Shown: in pieces, positions 20,756 to 31,154 of the stretch | Layout of the letters: each line of letters starts with the position of its first letter | Numbering within the stretch: the stretch's first letter is position 1 | Notes under the pieces: model-generated | Told to the model about the DNA's origin: nothing | Databases searched by the model: none | The model's input: the letters and a program-made list of their open reading frames with translations, nothing else | Source: Candidatus Annandia pinicola | GTDB lineage: Bacteria > Pseudomonadota > Gammaproteobacteria > Enterobacterales > Enterobacteriaceae_A | Reading direction: 5' to 3' | Length of the DNA stretch: 32,000 bases | Assembly (NCBI RefSeq): GCF_020541245.1 | Contig: NZ_CP045876.1 | Coordinates: forward strand, 300,001-332,000 | Translations under genes and position numbers: made by a program

Positions 20756-23700
20756 GTAATTCTTGTAAAGATATAACATTATAATCTTTAAATTTATTTT
20801 TTAAAGTTAATATAGAAGCAAAACTTCCATTTAAAGTAGTATCATAATGTATTTTATTTTGTAAAGCTAATTTACATATAGAATCAGAAATACTACCCTT
20901 TATATTATTATTTGTATTAATAATATAACAATATTTTTTACTAATTATCATATCAATAATATTAGGATATTTTTTTTTATTTTTACTTATTACTCTACAT
21001 TTTATACCTATTTTTTTTAAATTCATATAAGTATTATATGTAGCATCTAATTTAAAACCATAATAAATAAGTTTTTTTGCTATATTTCCTATAATTTTTT
21101 TATCATGATTATTTACTGAAATTAAAACTCTATTATTTTTTTTTATTAATGATTGAGAACCTAACATAGCTTTAGAAAATGCAATATTAAATCTACTATC
21201 TATACCCATAACTTCACCAGTAGAACGCATTTCAGGACCTAAAGTTGGATGTATACCAATAAATTTATTAAAAGGTAAAACTACTTCTTTAATAGAAAAA
21301 TAGGGTGGTATAACTTCATGAAAAATCTTTTGTTTAATTAAGTCTCTTCCAACTATAACTTTAGTAGCAACTTTAGCAAATGGAACTCCAATAGCTTTAG
21401 ATAAAAAAGGTACAGTTCTAGATGCTCTAAGATTAACTTCTATAATATATGTTTTATTATTTTTAACTGCAAATTGAATATTCATCAAACCTACTACATT
21501 TAAAGCAATAGCTATTCTAGAAGATTGTAAACGTATTTCATCCTGAATTTTTTTACTAATAGTATAAACTGGTAAAGAACATGCTGAATCTCCAGAATGA
21601 ATACCTGCTTGTTCTATATGCTCCATAATACCACAGATTAATACATTTCTACCATCACATATTAAATCAACATCAACTTCTACTGCATCACTCAAAAATC
21701 TATCTAATAAAACAGGCATATTATAAGAATTACTTTTTGCCATTTTAAAATAAAGCTTTAAATCGTATAAATTATATATTATTTTCATAGCTCTTCCTCC
21801 TAATACATTAGACGGTCTTATAACAATTGGATATCCAATATTTCTAGATTTTATTATAGCTTGTATTAAAGATGTTGCTGTACTATTTTTTGGTTGTTTA
21901 AGACCTAATTTAAGTATAATTTTTTTAAAAAATTCTCTATTTTCTGCAATGTTTATATATTTAGGATTAGTACCTAAAATAGGAATTTTTAATTTATATA
22001 AATAATTTGATAATTTTAATGGAGTTTGTCCTCCAAATTGAATTATTACACCTTTAGGTTTTTCAATAATAATAATTTCTAATATGTCTTCTAAAGTAAT
22101 TGGTTCAAAATATAATTTATCAGAAATATCATAATCAGTAGATACTGTTTCTGGATTACAATTAATCATAATCGTTTCAAATCCACTTTCACGTAAAGCT
22201 AAAACTGAGTGAACACAACAATAATCAAATTCAATTCCTTGTCCTATACGATTAGGTCCGCTTCCTAAAACTATAATTTTTTTTTTTTTATTATTATCAG
22301 ATAATGATTCACATTCATTTTCATAAGTAGAATACATATATGATGTTTTTGTTTTAAATTCTGCAGCACATGTATCTACTCTTTTATAAACAGGATGTAA
22401 ATTATATTTATAACGTAAATTACGTATTATTTTTTCTTTAACTTGTAATAAATATGCTATTCTAAAATCTGAAAAACCTTTTTTTTTAATATATTTTAAA
22501 AATTTATAATTAATATCTTTAATATTTTTTGAAATAATATCTTTTTCAGTAAATATAATATCTTTAATTTGTGATAAAAACCATTTATCTATTTTAGTTA
22601 AATTATATACTTCATTTAAAGAAATATTCAATCTAAATGCATCACCTATATACCATAATCTATTTGATCCTACATTTCTTAGTTCAAATTTTATTTTATT
22701 TAAAGTTTTTTTTTTACTATATAAATTTATTTTAGAATTAAAACCATAAACTCCTATTTCTAAACTACGAATTGCTTTTTGTAAAGATTCTTGAAATGTT
22801 CTACCTATGGCCATAACTTCACCAACAGATTTCATTTGTGTTGTTAATCTATTATCTGAACCATAAAATTTTTCAAAATTAAATCTAGGAATTTTTGTAA
22901 CTATATAATCTATAGATGGTTCAAAAGAAGATGGTGTTTTATTTTCAGTAATTTCGTTTCTTAATTCATCTAAAGTATAACCTACAGCTAATTTAGCAGC
23001 TATTTTTGCAATAGGAAACCCTGTTGCTTTAGAAGCTAAAGCTGAAGACCTAGAAACTCTAGGATTCATTTCAATAACAATTAAATTTCCATTTTTAGGG
23101 TTAACAGCAAATTGTACATTAGATCCACCTGTTTCTATACCTATTTCTTTTAAAATAGAAATTGATGCATTACGCATAATTTGATACTCTTTATCTGTTA
23201 ATGTTTGAGCAGGAGCAACTGTAATAGAATCACCTGTATGAATACCCATAGAATCTATATTTTCGATAGAACATACTATAATACAATTATTATTATTATC
23301 TCTTACAACTTCCATTTCATATTCTTTCCAACCAATAAGAGATTGATCAATTAAAAGTTCTTTATTAGGAGATAAATTTAATCCTTGTATACATATTTTT
23401 TCAAAATCTTTAATATTATAAGCTATACCTCCACCACTACCTCCCATAGTAAAAGATGGTCTTACAATACATGGTAATCCTATATTTTTAACTATTTTTT
23501 TTGCTTCTTCAATATTATGAGCTATATCAGATTTAGGTGTTTTTAAACCTATTTTTTTAATAATTTGATCAAATATTTTTCTATTTTCTGCTTTATTAAT
23601 TGATTTTGCATTAACACCGATCATTTTAACATTATATTTACTTAAAATATTTTTTTTTTCTAAAATTAAAGCACAGTTTAAAGCAGTTTGTCCTCCCATA

Positions 23701-23966
23701 GTAGGAAGCAGAGCATCTGGTTTTTCTTTAATAATAATTTTTTCTATTATTTTCCAATGTATTGGCTCTATATAAGTAGCATCAGCTACTTCAGGATCAG
23801 TCATTATAGTAGCTGGATTAGAATTAACTAATATAATCCTATAACCATCTTTTTTTAAAATTTTACATGCTTGAGTTCCAGAATAATCAAATTCACATGC
23901 TTGTCCTATAATAATTGGTCCTGCTCCTAAAATAAGAATTGATTTTATATCTGTTCTTCTTGGCAT
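20742..23966 (-). CDS. carB: Carbamoyl-phosphate synthase large subunit
   Basis: The 1074-aa ORF starts [35 protein letters not shown]. It contains duplicated ATP-grasp halves (a second [19 protein letters not shown]) and a C-terminal MGS-like allosteric domain. Confidence 0.98.
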   Translation of the reverse strand: MPRRTDIKSILILGAGPIIIGQACEFDYSGTQACKILKKDGYRIILVNSNPATIMTDPEVADATYIEPIHWKIIEKIIIKEKPDALLPTMGGQTALNCALILEKKNILSKYNVKMIGVNAKSINKAENRKIFDQIIKKIGLKTPKSDIAHNIEEAKKIVKNIGLPCIVRPSFTMGGSGGGIAYNIKDFEKICIQGLNLSPNKELLIDQSLIGWKEYEMEVVRDNNNNCIIVCSIENIDSMGIHTGDSITVAPAQTLTDKEYQIMRNASISILKEIGIETGGSNVQFAVNPKNGNLIVIEMNPRVSRSSALASKATGFPIAKIAAKLAVGYTLDELRNEITENKTPSSFEPSIDYIVTKIPRFNFEKFYGSDNRLTTQMKSVGEVMAIGRTFQESLQKAIRSLEIGVYGFNSKINLYSKKKTLNKIKFELRNVGSNRLWYIGDAFRLNISLNEVYNLTKIDKWFLSQIKDIIFTEKDIISKNIKDINYKFLKYIKKKGFSDFRIAYLLQVKEKIIRNLRYKYNLHPVYKRVDTCAAEFKTKTSYMYSTYENECESLSDNNKKKKIIVLGSGPNRIGQGIEFDYCCVHSVLALRESGFETIMINCNPETVSTDYDISDKLYFEPITLEDILEIIIIEKPKGVIIQFGGQTPLKLSNYLYKLKIPILGTNPKYINIAENREFFKKIILKLGLKQPKNSTATSLIQAIIKSRNIGYPIVIRPSNVLGGRAMKIIYNLYDLKLYFKMAKSNSYNMPVLLDRFLSDAVEVDVDLICDGRNVLICGIMEHIEQAGIHSGDSACSLPVYTISKKIQDEIRLQSSRIAIALNVVGLMNIQFAVKNNKTYIIEVNLRASRTVPFLSKAIGVPFAKVATKVIVGRDLIKQKIFHEVIPPYFSIKEVVLPFNKFIGIHPTLGPEMRSTGEVMGIDSRFNIAFSKAMLGSQSLIKKNNRVLISVNNHDKKIIGNIAKKLIYYGFKLDATYNTYMNLKKIGIKCRVISKNKKKYPNIIDMIISKKYCYIINTNNNIKGSISDSICKLALQNKIHYDTTLNGSFASILTLKNKFKDYNVISLQELHKNI

Positions 23967-23974
23967 TTTTAACC

Positions 23975-25138
23975 TTATAACTTAAATACTTTTATTTTAT
24001 AGTACAATGATTTAAGCATAATATTAATAAAACTATCAAATAAAAAAAATATATCATTAGTTCCAGGGTTTGCTTCTGGATGTCCTTGAAATCCAAATGC
24101 TAATTTTTTTTTATGTTTAATTCCTTGTATTGTTTTATCAAATAATGATATATAAGATATTTTTAATATTTTTGGTATATTATTTAAATTTACAATAAAT
24201 CCATGATTCTGAGATGTAATTAATATTTTTTTTTTATTTAAGTTTTGTACTGGATGATTAGATCCATGATGACCAAATTTCATTTTAATAATTTTAGCTC
24301 CACAAGACATAGCTAATAATTGATGTCCTAAACAAATACCAAAAGTTGGTATATTATATTTTAACATTTTTTTTATATTTTTAATAATATAATTACAAGG
24401 ATTAGGATCTCCAGGACCATTAGATAATAATATACCGTTTATTTTTTTTTTTAAAATTTTTTTTATATTAAAAAAAGAAGGAAAAACCTTTAAATTACAG
24501 TCACGATCTATTAACATTTTCATAATACTATTTTTAATTCCATAATCATATACTATTATATTTAATTTAAAAAAAATATTTTTATATAAATTTAATTTAT
24601 TATAAATAATATTAATTGTCCCTAAATACCATTTATATGGTATTTTACCTGTAACTTTTTTTACTAAATCTATATTTTTTAAACCCTTAAAATTTTTTAT
24701 TTTAGTTTTTGCTAAATTTAAATTTAATTTTCTACCAGAAATAATACAACATTTTTGAGATCCTTTGTTTCTTAAAATATTAGTTAACATACGAGTATCT
24801 ATTTCAGAAATAGATACAATATTATTTTTTTTTAAGTATAAATGTAAATTAATTTTACTTCTATAATTACTATCTAAAATTGATAATTTTTTTATAACTA
24901 AACCAGAAGCGTAAATTTTATAAGATTCTTTATCATTATCGTTAGTTCCTATATTTCCTATATGAGGAAAAGTTAATGTTATAATTTGATTTGTATAAGA
25001 AGGATCAGATATTATTTCTTGATACCCAGTCATAGATGTATTAAAAACTATTTCACCTACAGTTAATCCGGTTGCCCCAAAAGATTTACCATAAAATTTT
25101 TCACCTGTCTCTAATAATAAAATTGCTAAATTATACAT
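23975..25138 (-). CDS. carA: Carbamoyl-phosphate synthase small (glutaminase) subunit
   Basis: The 387-aa ORF carries [21 protein letters not shown] and the GATase active-site GICLGHQLL. It lies directly upstream of carB. Confidence 0.96.
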   Translation of the reverse strand: MYNLAILLLETGEKFYGKSFGATGLTVGEIVFNTSMTGYQEIISDPSYTNQIITLTFPHIGNIGTNDNDKESYKIYASGLVIKKLSILDSNYRSKINLHLYLKKNNIVSISEIDTRMLTNILRNKGSQKCCIISGRKLNLNLAKTKIKNFKGLKNIDLVKKVTGKIPYKWYLGTINIIYNKLNLYKNIFFKLNIIVYDYGIKNSIMKMLIDRDCNLKVFPSFFNIKKILKKKINGILLSNGPGDPNPCNYIIKNIKKMLKYNIPTFGICLGHQLLAMSCGAKIIKMKFGHHGSNHPVQNLNKKKILITSQNHGFIVNLNNIPKILKISYISLFDKTIQGIKHKKKLAFGFQGHPEANPGTNDIFFLFDSFINIMLKSLYYKIKVFKL

Positions 25139-25249
25139 ATAAATACCTTATAATTTATAATGTATTTTTTTTTAATATTAATTTAAAAAAAATTTAATAA
25201 TTTGAAAAAAAATATTTTTTATTAAAATAAAAAAATTATAAATTAATAT

Positions 25250-26050
25250 TTATATTTTTTTTAAAACATTTTTCATAGAAAATAATCCATTTTTTTTTTT
25301 ATTTAACCATATAGATGCTTTTAAAGCACCTTTTGCAAAAGTAATTCTACTAGAAGCTTTATGAGTTATTTCTATACGTTCACCTTTATTAGCAAATATT
25401 ACAGTATGTTCCCCTATAGTATCTCCAGCTCTTATAGTAGAAAATCCTATACTATTTTTTTTTCTTTTTTCATTAAATTTATTTCTATTATATATTGCAA
25501 TTTTATTTAAACTTAAATTCATACTTTTGGCAATAGTTTCTCCTATAGTTAATGCTGTTCCTGATGGTGAATCTTTTTTATTTTTATGATGAAATTCTAT
25601 TATTTCAATATCACTTTCATTACCTATAATTTTAGTTATTTTTTCTAATATATTTAATATTAAATTAATACCAATACTAAAATTTGAAGATAATAAAATT
25701 GCTATTTTTTTTGAATATTTTTTTATTTTTTCTTTTTCTATTTCATTAAAACCAGTTGTACCAATTATTATTTTTTTTTTATATTTATAACATAAAGATA
25801 AATATTTCATAGTACTTTTAGGACAAGTAAAATCAATTAATATATCAAATAAATCATGTATATTTTCAAAATTTTTACTTATTTTTATATTATTTAATTT
25901 ATTTTTATTAATAATATTAAATAATGTTTTATTTTCATTTATTAATAATACAGTTAATTGTAAAATTTTAATTTTATCAATAATACTAATTATAGATTTT
26001 CCCATACGACCATATGCCCCAGAAATAGCTATACGAATTTTTTGATTCAT
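25250..26050 (-). CDS. dapB: 4-hydroxy-tetrahydrodipicolinate reductase
   Basis: The 266-aa ORF carries IRIAISGAYGRMGK (Rossmann motif), IGTTGF, EIIEFHHKNKKDSPSGTA and a C-terminal region typical of DapB. Confidence 0.93.
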   Translation of the reverse strand: MNQKIRIAISGAYGRMGKSIISIIDKIKILQLTVLLINENKTLFNIINKNKLNNIKISKNFENIHDLFDILIDFTCPKSTMKYLSLCYKYKKKIIIGTTGFNEIEKEKIKKYSKKIAILLSSNFSIGINLILNILEKITKIIGNESDIEIIEFHHKNKKDSPSGTALTIGETIAKSMNLSLNKIAIYNRNKFNEKRKKNSIGFSTIRAGDTIGEHTVIFANKGERIEITHKASSRITFAKGALKASIWLNKKKNGLFSMKNVLKKI

Positions 26051-26093
26051 TTATTAAACTCTTATATATATTAAATAATATAAATTAAATTGT

Positions 26094-26579
26094 TTAATTA
26101 TTTATTTTTAAATAAAAAAATAAAAATAAGTAACCTAATATTATAAAATAATCAGCTAAATTAAAAATAACAATATGTATATTATTTATATGAAAATCTA
26201 TAAAATCTAGAACATAATTATAATAAAAACGATCTAAAATATTACTTAATAAACCACCTATTATAAAAGAATATAATAAAATAAATATTAAGTTTAATTC
26301 TATTATATAAAAATAAATAATATAAAAAAAAACTAAAACTATAAATAATGAAACAATAATTAAAAAATAATTTTTATAAAAATTATAATAATCAAAAAAT
26401 CCAAAAATAATACCATAATTTTTTACATTAACTATATTAATATAATTATTAACATATATATATTTATTATTAAAAAAAATATTTCTAATAATATTTTTAA
26501 TATAAAAATTTAAAAAAAATATAGAAAATATAATAAAATTACTAATAATAAAATAATAATATTGTTTTTTTTTAATCAA
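26094..26579 (-). CDS. lspA: Lipoprotein signal peptidase (signal peptidase II)
   Basis: The 161-aa four-TM ORF carries conserved NYG, IIGGLLSNILDR and FNLAD blocks that contain the two catalytic Asp. It lies directly downstream of ileS. The ORF contains no ATG at all, so the start is non-ATG, taken as TTG at 26579. That start overlaps the ileS TGA stop (TTGA). Confidence 0.85.
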   Translation of the reverse strand: MIKKKQYYYFIISNFIIFSIFFLNFYIKNIIRNIFFNNKYIYVNNYINIVNVKNYGIIFGFFDYYNFYKNYFLIIVSLFIVLVFFYIIYFYIIELNLIFILLYSFIIGGLLSNILDRFYYNYVLDFIDFHINNIHIVIFNLADYFIILGYLFLFFYLKINN

Positions 26580-29365
26580 ACGAATTTTCTTATTTCACCT
26601 TTTCCATAAACATTAGAAATACATCTATTACATAAATTTAAATAATTTGATTTTTTACATTTATCTTTTTTAAAATAATGCCAGCATCTTAAACATTTTA
26701 TACCTTTAGATTTTGTTAATATTATTTCAATTTCTTTTCCATTTTCTTTTTTATTTTTTTTATAAAATACTTCTGCACTTGAAGTTAAAAAAACAAATTT
26801 TAATTCTTTTCCTAGAATTTTTAAAAAATTAAAATTTTCTTTATTAGTATATATTTTTAAATCTAAATCTAATGAATTTTTAAAAACTATAATATTACGT
26901 ATATTTTCTATAGATTTATTTACTTCATTTCTAATTAATATAATTTTATTCCAATAATTGTGATTTAATATATCTTTATCGTTTAATTTATATAAACCAC
27001 TAAACCATTCTTCAGTAAATATATATTTTGATCTTTTTCCTGGAATATAATCCCATATTTCGTTTGCAGTAAAAGATATTATAGGAGAAATCCATCTTAC
27101 TAATGATTCTATAATATAATATAAAGTAGTTTGACAACTTTTTCTTGCTATATTATTTTTATTAAGAGTATATTGACGATCTTTAATAATATCTAAATAA
27201 AAAGAACTCATTTTTATAGAACAAAAATTCATAATATTTTTAATAACTAAATTAAAATTATATGATTTATAGTTTTTTATAATTAATTCTTGAATTTTTT
27301 TTGTATAACTTATAGCCCATCTATCTAAATATAAAATATCATTATAATTAACAATATTTTTTGGATTAAAATCATATAAATTAGATAACAAAAATCTTAT
27401 TGTATTTCTTATTTTTCTATATATATCAACTGTACTATTTAAATTTTCTTCAGAAATATTCATATTTTTTGTATAATCAATTGATGATGACCATAATCTT
27501 ATTATATCTGCTCCAAATTTTTTTATTAATAAATTAGGATTAATAATATTTCCAATAGACTTAGACATTTTTTCTCCTTTATTATCTGTAATAAAACCAT
27601 GAGATAAAACATTACAATAAGGAGATTTATTTTTAGAAATAACAGATATAATTAATGATGACATAAACCAGCCTCTATATTGATCCGAACCTTCTAAATA
27701 AATATCAATTTTATTATTATAAAGCATTTTATTTTTTACAACAGTATAATATGTACCCCCAGAATCAAACCACACATCTAGAATATCTTTTATTTTTATA
27801 TACTTTTTATAATCTTTACCTAACAATATTTTTTTATCTAAATACCACCAAATTTTAATACCATAAATTTTTATTAATTTTGATATTTTTTTAATTAAAA
27901 TTAAAGTTTTAGGATGTAATTCTTTTGTTTTTTTATTTAAAAATAATGTTATTGGTATACCCCATTTTCTTTGACGAGAAATACACCAATCTGGTCTTTT
28001 AGATATCATATTTTTAATATTTTTTTTACCCCATGAAGGTATCCATACTACTTCATCTATTTCTTTAAATATTTTTTTAATTATTTTTTGATTATTGATT
28101 TTAATAAACCATTGATTAGTAGTTCTAAAAATAATTGGGGTTTTATGTCTCCAACAATGAGGATAACTATGTTTATAATTTTCTTTATTTAACATTAGTT
28201 TTTTTAATATTAATAAATTAATTACATAATTATTAATATCTAAAACATACATGCCATTTAATTTTTTATTTTTATTAAATTTATAATATCCATAATTGTC
28301 TATTATATTTTTTATTTCTAAATTATATTTATTACCTACAATATAATCTTCAGGACCATGTCCTGGAGCTATATGTACAATACCAGTACCTGATTTTAAA
28401 TCAACATGGTTACTTGTTACTATTGGAACATTAATATCAATTATAGGATTTTTAAATAATATATATTTTAATTTATTACCTTTTACAGTATTAATTATTT
28501 TATATTTTTTAATATTATTTTTTTTAATAAAATTAAATAATAATTTTTTTGCTATAATAAAAAAATTATTATTAAATTCTATTAAACTGTATAAATAATT
28601 AGAATTAACTGAAATAGCACTATTAGCAAATAATGTCCATGGTGTTGTAGTCCAAACAATTGCATATATATTAATATTTTTTTTTGTATTAAATAAATTT
28701 TTAATTTTATCTATTTCAATAACAGGAAAAAGAACATTTATAGAAATAGAAATTTTATCGATATATTCTATTTCAGATTCAGATAAAGTTGAATTACAAT
28801 TTAAACACCAATAAACAGGTTTTTTTCCATTATATAAATTACCACTTTTAATTATTTTTCCTAATAATTTTATTGTATTAGCTTCTAAATAAGAATCCAT
28901 AGTACAATAATAATTATTCCAATCACCTAATACTCCTAAACGCATAAAATCATTTTTTTGTTGTAATATTTGTTTTTTTGCATATTTACGACAAATATTT
29001 TGAAATTTAATATTAGAAATATTTTTAGGTTTATTAAAAATCTGTTCAATTTTATGTTCTATAGGTAATCCATGACAATCCCAACCAGGTATATAAGGAG
29101 CATCAAAACCATCTAATCCTTTAAATTTTATAATTATATCTTTTAAAATTTTATTAATTACATGCCCCATATGTATTTTACCATTTGCATAAGGAGGGCC
29201 ATCATGTAATATAAATTTTTTTTTATTTTTTTTAGATTTTCTTATAATTTTATATAAATGATTATCATTCCAATAATTTAATATATTTAACTCTTTTTTA
29301 AATAAATTTCCACGCATAGGAAATAATGTTTTAGGTAAATTTAAAGTATTTTTATAATTAATCAT
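26576..29365 (-). CDS. ileS: Isoleucyl-tRNA synthetase
   Basis: The 929-aa ORF carries LHDGPPYANGKIHMGHVINK (HIGH), KMSKSIGN (KMSKS) and a C-terminal Zn-binding CxxC...CxRC. It ends GKGEIRKFV at the position homologous to the E. coli C-terminus. Confidence 0.98.
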   Translation of the reverse strand: MINYKNTLNLPKTLFPMRGNLFKKELNILNYWNDNHLYKIIRKSKKNKKKFILHDGPPYANGKIHMGHVINKILKDIIIKFKGLDGFDAPYIPGWDCHGLPIEHKIEQIFNKPKNISNIKFQNICRKYAKKQILQQKNDFMRLGVLGDWNNYYCTMDSYLEANTIKLLGKIIKSGNLYNGKKPVYWCLNCNSTLSESEIEYIDKISISINVLFPVIEIDKIKNLFNTKKNINIYAIVWTTTPWTLFANSAISVNSNYLYSLIEFNNNFFIIAKKLLFNFIKKNNIKKYKIINTVKGNKLKYILFKNPIIDINVPIVTSNHVDLKSGTGIVHIAPGHGPEDYIVGNKYNLEIKNIIDNYGYYKFNKNKKLNGMYVLDINNYVINLLILKKLMLNKENYKHSYPHCWRHKTPIIFRTTNQWFIKINNQKIIKKIFKEIDEVVWIPSWGKKNIKNMISKRPDWCISRQRKWGIPITLFLNKKTKELHPKTLILIKKISKLIKIYGIKIWWYLDKKILLGKDYKKYIKIKDILDVWFDSGGTYYTVVKNKMLYNNKIDIYLEGSDQYRGWFMSSLIISVISKNKSPYCNVLSHGFITDNKGEKMSKSIGNIINPNLLIKKFGADIIRLWSSSIDYTKNMNISEENLNSTVDIYRKIRNTIRFLLSNLYDFNPKNIVNYNDILYLDRWAISYTKKIQELIIKNYKSYNFNLVIKNIMNFCSIKMSSFYLDIIKDRQYTLNKNNIARKSCQTTLYYIIESLVRWISPIISFTANEIWDYIPGKRSKYIFTEEWFSGLYKLNDKDILNHNYWNKIILIRNEVNKSIENIRNIIVFKNSLDLDLKIYTNKENFNFLKILGKELKFVFLTSSAEVFYKKNKKENGKEIEIILTKSKGIKCLRCWHYFKKDKCKKSNYLNLCNRCISNVYGKGEIRKFV

Positions 29366-29485
29366 AATATTTTATTAAATAATATAAATATATTTTTTTA
29401 TAAATTAAAAAAAATATATTTATATAATATTTTTTTTAAAAAAAAATTTATAAAAAATAATTATTATAAAAATAATATATATAAA

Positions 29486-29551
29486 TATATTAATTATAAT
29501 ATAAAAACATTATAAATTAATACATAATGTTTTTATATTATATTTAATATA
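29486..29551. promoter_or_regulatory. Long hairpin or inverted repeat immediately upstream of the rpsT ribosome-binding site
   Basis: A perfect 19-bp stem pairs 29495-29513 with 29524-29542, with a 10-nt loop (AAATTAATAC). After one T/T mismatch the stem extends by 8 more bp, pairing 29486-29493 with 29544-29551. The 3' foot lies 6 nt before the AAGGA at 29558-29562, and the rpsT ATG is at 29568. Confidence 0.45.
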
Positions 29552-29567
29552 AAAATAAAGGATAAAT

Positions 29568-29828
29568 ATGGCTAACATTAAATCTTCAAAAAAAAGAATA
29601 ATAACTAATAATAAAAAAAGAATATATAATAAAATATGTAAATCCAAAATACGTAATATTATAAAAAAAATAAAAAAATATATTTCTATTAAAAACAAAG
29701 AAAAATCATTAAAATACTTTTTTAAATTACAACCTATTATAGATAAATATGCAACTTATGGAGTTATACATAAAAATACATCATCTCGTTATAAATCACG
29801 TTTAATAAAAAAAATTTATAAAATTTAA
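29568..29828 (+). CDS. rpsT: 30S ribosomal protein S20
   Basis: The 86-aa basic ORF starts MANIKSSKKR....NKKR, the typical S20 N-terminus. An AAGGA Shine-Dalgarno lies 5 nt upstream. It is divergent from ileS, as in E. coli. Confidence 0.92.
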   Translation: MANIKSSKKRIITNNKKRIYNKICKSKIRNIIKKIKKYISIKNKEKSLKYFFKLQPIIDKYATYGVIHKNTSSRYKSRLIKKIYKI

Positions 29829-29850
29829 AAAAATAATTAATATAAAAAAA

Positions 29851-31017
29851 TTAACATTTATTTATTATATCTTCAAAAAATTTTTTCATATTATTAAATA
29901 AATTAATTGAACGTTGATAAATTTTATTAGCTACCTCAGTAACCTTATTATTTATATTTTTATTAGATTCAGTATCATAATGAAAATTTTTAAGAAGATA
30001 TTTTTGTCTTTCATTTAAATTTGTAGGAGTTTTAACAATTACTTTGCATAATAAATCTCCACAAACACTACTTTTTAAATATTTAACTCCTTTACCTTTA
30101 ATACGAAATAATTTATTAGTTTGAGTTTCTTTTGGTATTTTTAATTTAACTCTACCATTTATAGTAGGTATTTCAATATCCCCCCCTAATGCTGCAGTAA
30201 CGAAACTGATAGGTATTTTACAATATAAATCATTACCTTTTCTTTCAAATGTACTATGTTTTTTAACAAATATTTGAATATATAAATCTCCTTTTGAACC
30301 ACCACTAATATTATCTGAACCTTCCCCACTTAATTTTATTTTATCATTATTATTTACGCCAGAAGGTATTTTAACAGATAAAGATTTTAATATTTCTAAT
30401 TGACCACTACCTTTACAAACCTCACATACATTTTTTATAAAACTACCCTTACCATAACATGTAGGACAAGTTTGTTGAACAGTAAAAAAACCCTGTCTCA
30501 TATGTATTTGCCCCTTACCATTACATGTTCTACAACGATTTAATTTAGTACCAGGTCTAGATCCACTACCTTTACAAATATGACATAATTTTAAAATAGG
30601 AACCTTTATATTTTTAACAACACCACAAATAGATTCCTCTAAAGTTAGATTTACATTAAAAAACAGATCTTCTCCTTTTCTTGATTTATTACTTTTATTA
30701 CCAAATATATCTCCAAATATATCTCCAAATATATCTCCAAAATCAGACTTATTATTAAAATTATTAGAAAAACCACTATTATCATTATTATTAATACTAT
30801 TTGTATAATGGCCATATTGATCATAATATGCACGTTTATTACTGTCAATTAAAGTTTCATATGCTTCTTTAACTTCTTTAAATTTATTTTCAGCATCTTT
30901 ATTATTAGGATTTTTATCTGGATGATATCTCATAGCTAAACGTTTATAAGCTTTTTTAATTGCACGATTATTTGAGCTTTTTGAAATACCTAGAATTCTA
31001 TAATAATCTCTTTTCAT
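29851..31017 (-). CDS. dnaJ: Chaperone DnaJ (Hsp40)
   Basis: The 388-aa ORF has a J-domain ([33 protein letters not shown]), a [12 protein letters not shown] segment and four CxxCxGxG zinc-finger repeats ([32 protein letters not shown]). It lies downstream of dnaK. Confidence 0.97.
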   Translation of the reverse strand: MKRDYYRILGISKSSNNRAIKKAYKRLAMRYHPDKNPNNKDAENKFKEVKEAYETLIDSNKRAYYDQYGHYTNSINNNDNSGFSNNFNNKSDFGDIFGDIFGDIFGNKSNKSRKGEDLFFNVNLTLEESICGVVKNIKVPILKLCHICKGSGSRPGTKLNRCRTCNGKGQIHMRQGFFTVQQTCPTCYGKGSFIKNVCEVCKGSGQLEILKSLSVKIPSGVNNNDKIKLSGEGSDNISGGSKGDLYIQIFVKKHSTFERKGNDLYCKIPISFVTAALGGDIEIPTINGRVKLKIPKETQTNKLFRIKGKGVKYLKSSVCGDLLCKVIVKTPTNLNERQKYLLKNFHYDTESNKNINNKVTEVANKIYQRSINLFNNMKKFFEDIINKC

Positions 31018-31041
31018 AATTTAATCCTTATATTAATTTTT

Positions 31042-31126
31042 TTTTATTTAAAAATAATATATATATGTTAATTAATTATTTTTTTAATAAATAATTAACT
31101 AACATATATATTATTTTTAAATAAAA
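31042..31126. repeat. 85-nt imperfect palindrome (long hairpin) occupying most of the dnaK-dnaJ spacer
   Basis: Base-by-base pairing gives 31042-31057 with 31111-31126 (16 bp), a 2-nt bulge (31058-59), then 31060-31070 with 31100-31110 (11 bp, including the only G-C pair, G31067-C31103). After one A/C mismatch (31071/31099), 31072-31081 pairs with 31089-31098 (10 bp). The loop is 7 nt (31082-31088). Paired positions total 37. Confidence 0.6.
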
Positions 31127-31154
31127 TAATAATTATTTTAATTTTTAATTATAA

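Noticed and set aside
26576-26578. Possible UGA-to-Trp recoding (genetic code 4), as in some tiny symbiont genomes
   Set aside because: ileS terminates on TGA exactly at the homologous C-terminus (…GEIRKFV). Trp positions that I checked use TGG, and all genes have full length under the standard code.
29510-29698. 62-aa minus-strand ORF overlapping rpsT
   Set aside because: It is antisense to the clearly recognisable S20 gene and runs through the leader hairpin. The sequence is purely hydrophobic low complexity.
30701-30741. Perfect 12-nt x3 tandem repeat (CCAAATATATCT on the plus strand) inside dnaJ, encoding [12 protein letters not shown]
   Set aside because: The DIFGD(V/I)FGDIFG peptide repeat is an ancestral feature of the DnaJ G/F region and is present in E. 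coli. With A/T-biased codon choice (GAT ATA TTT GGA), identical codons are expected. It is not evidence of a new repeat element, though it could be slippage-prone. The rest of the G/F linker has simply become Asn-rich through compositional bias.
30651-30848. 65-aa minus-strand ORF in an alternative frame of dnaJ
   Set aside because: It is an out-of-frame overlap with the dnaJ G/F region. Its repetitive [12 protein letters not shown] merely reflects the DIFG tandem repeat read in another frame.
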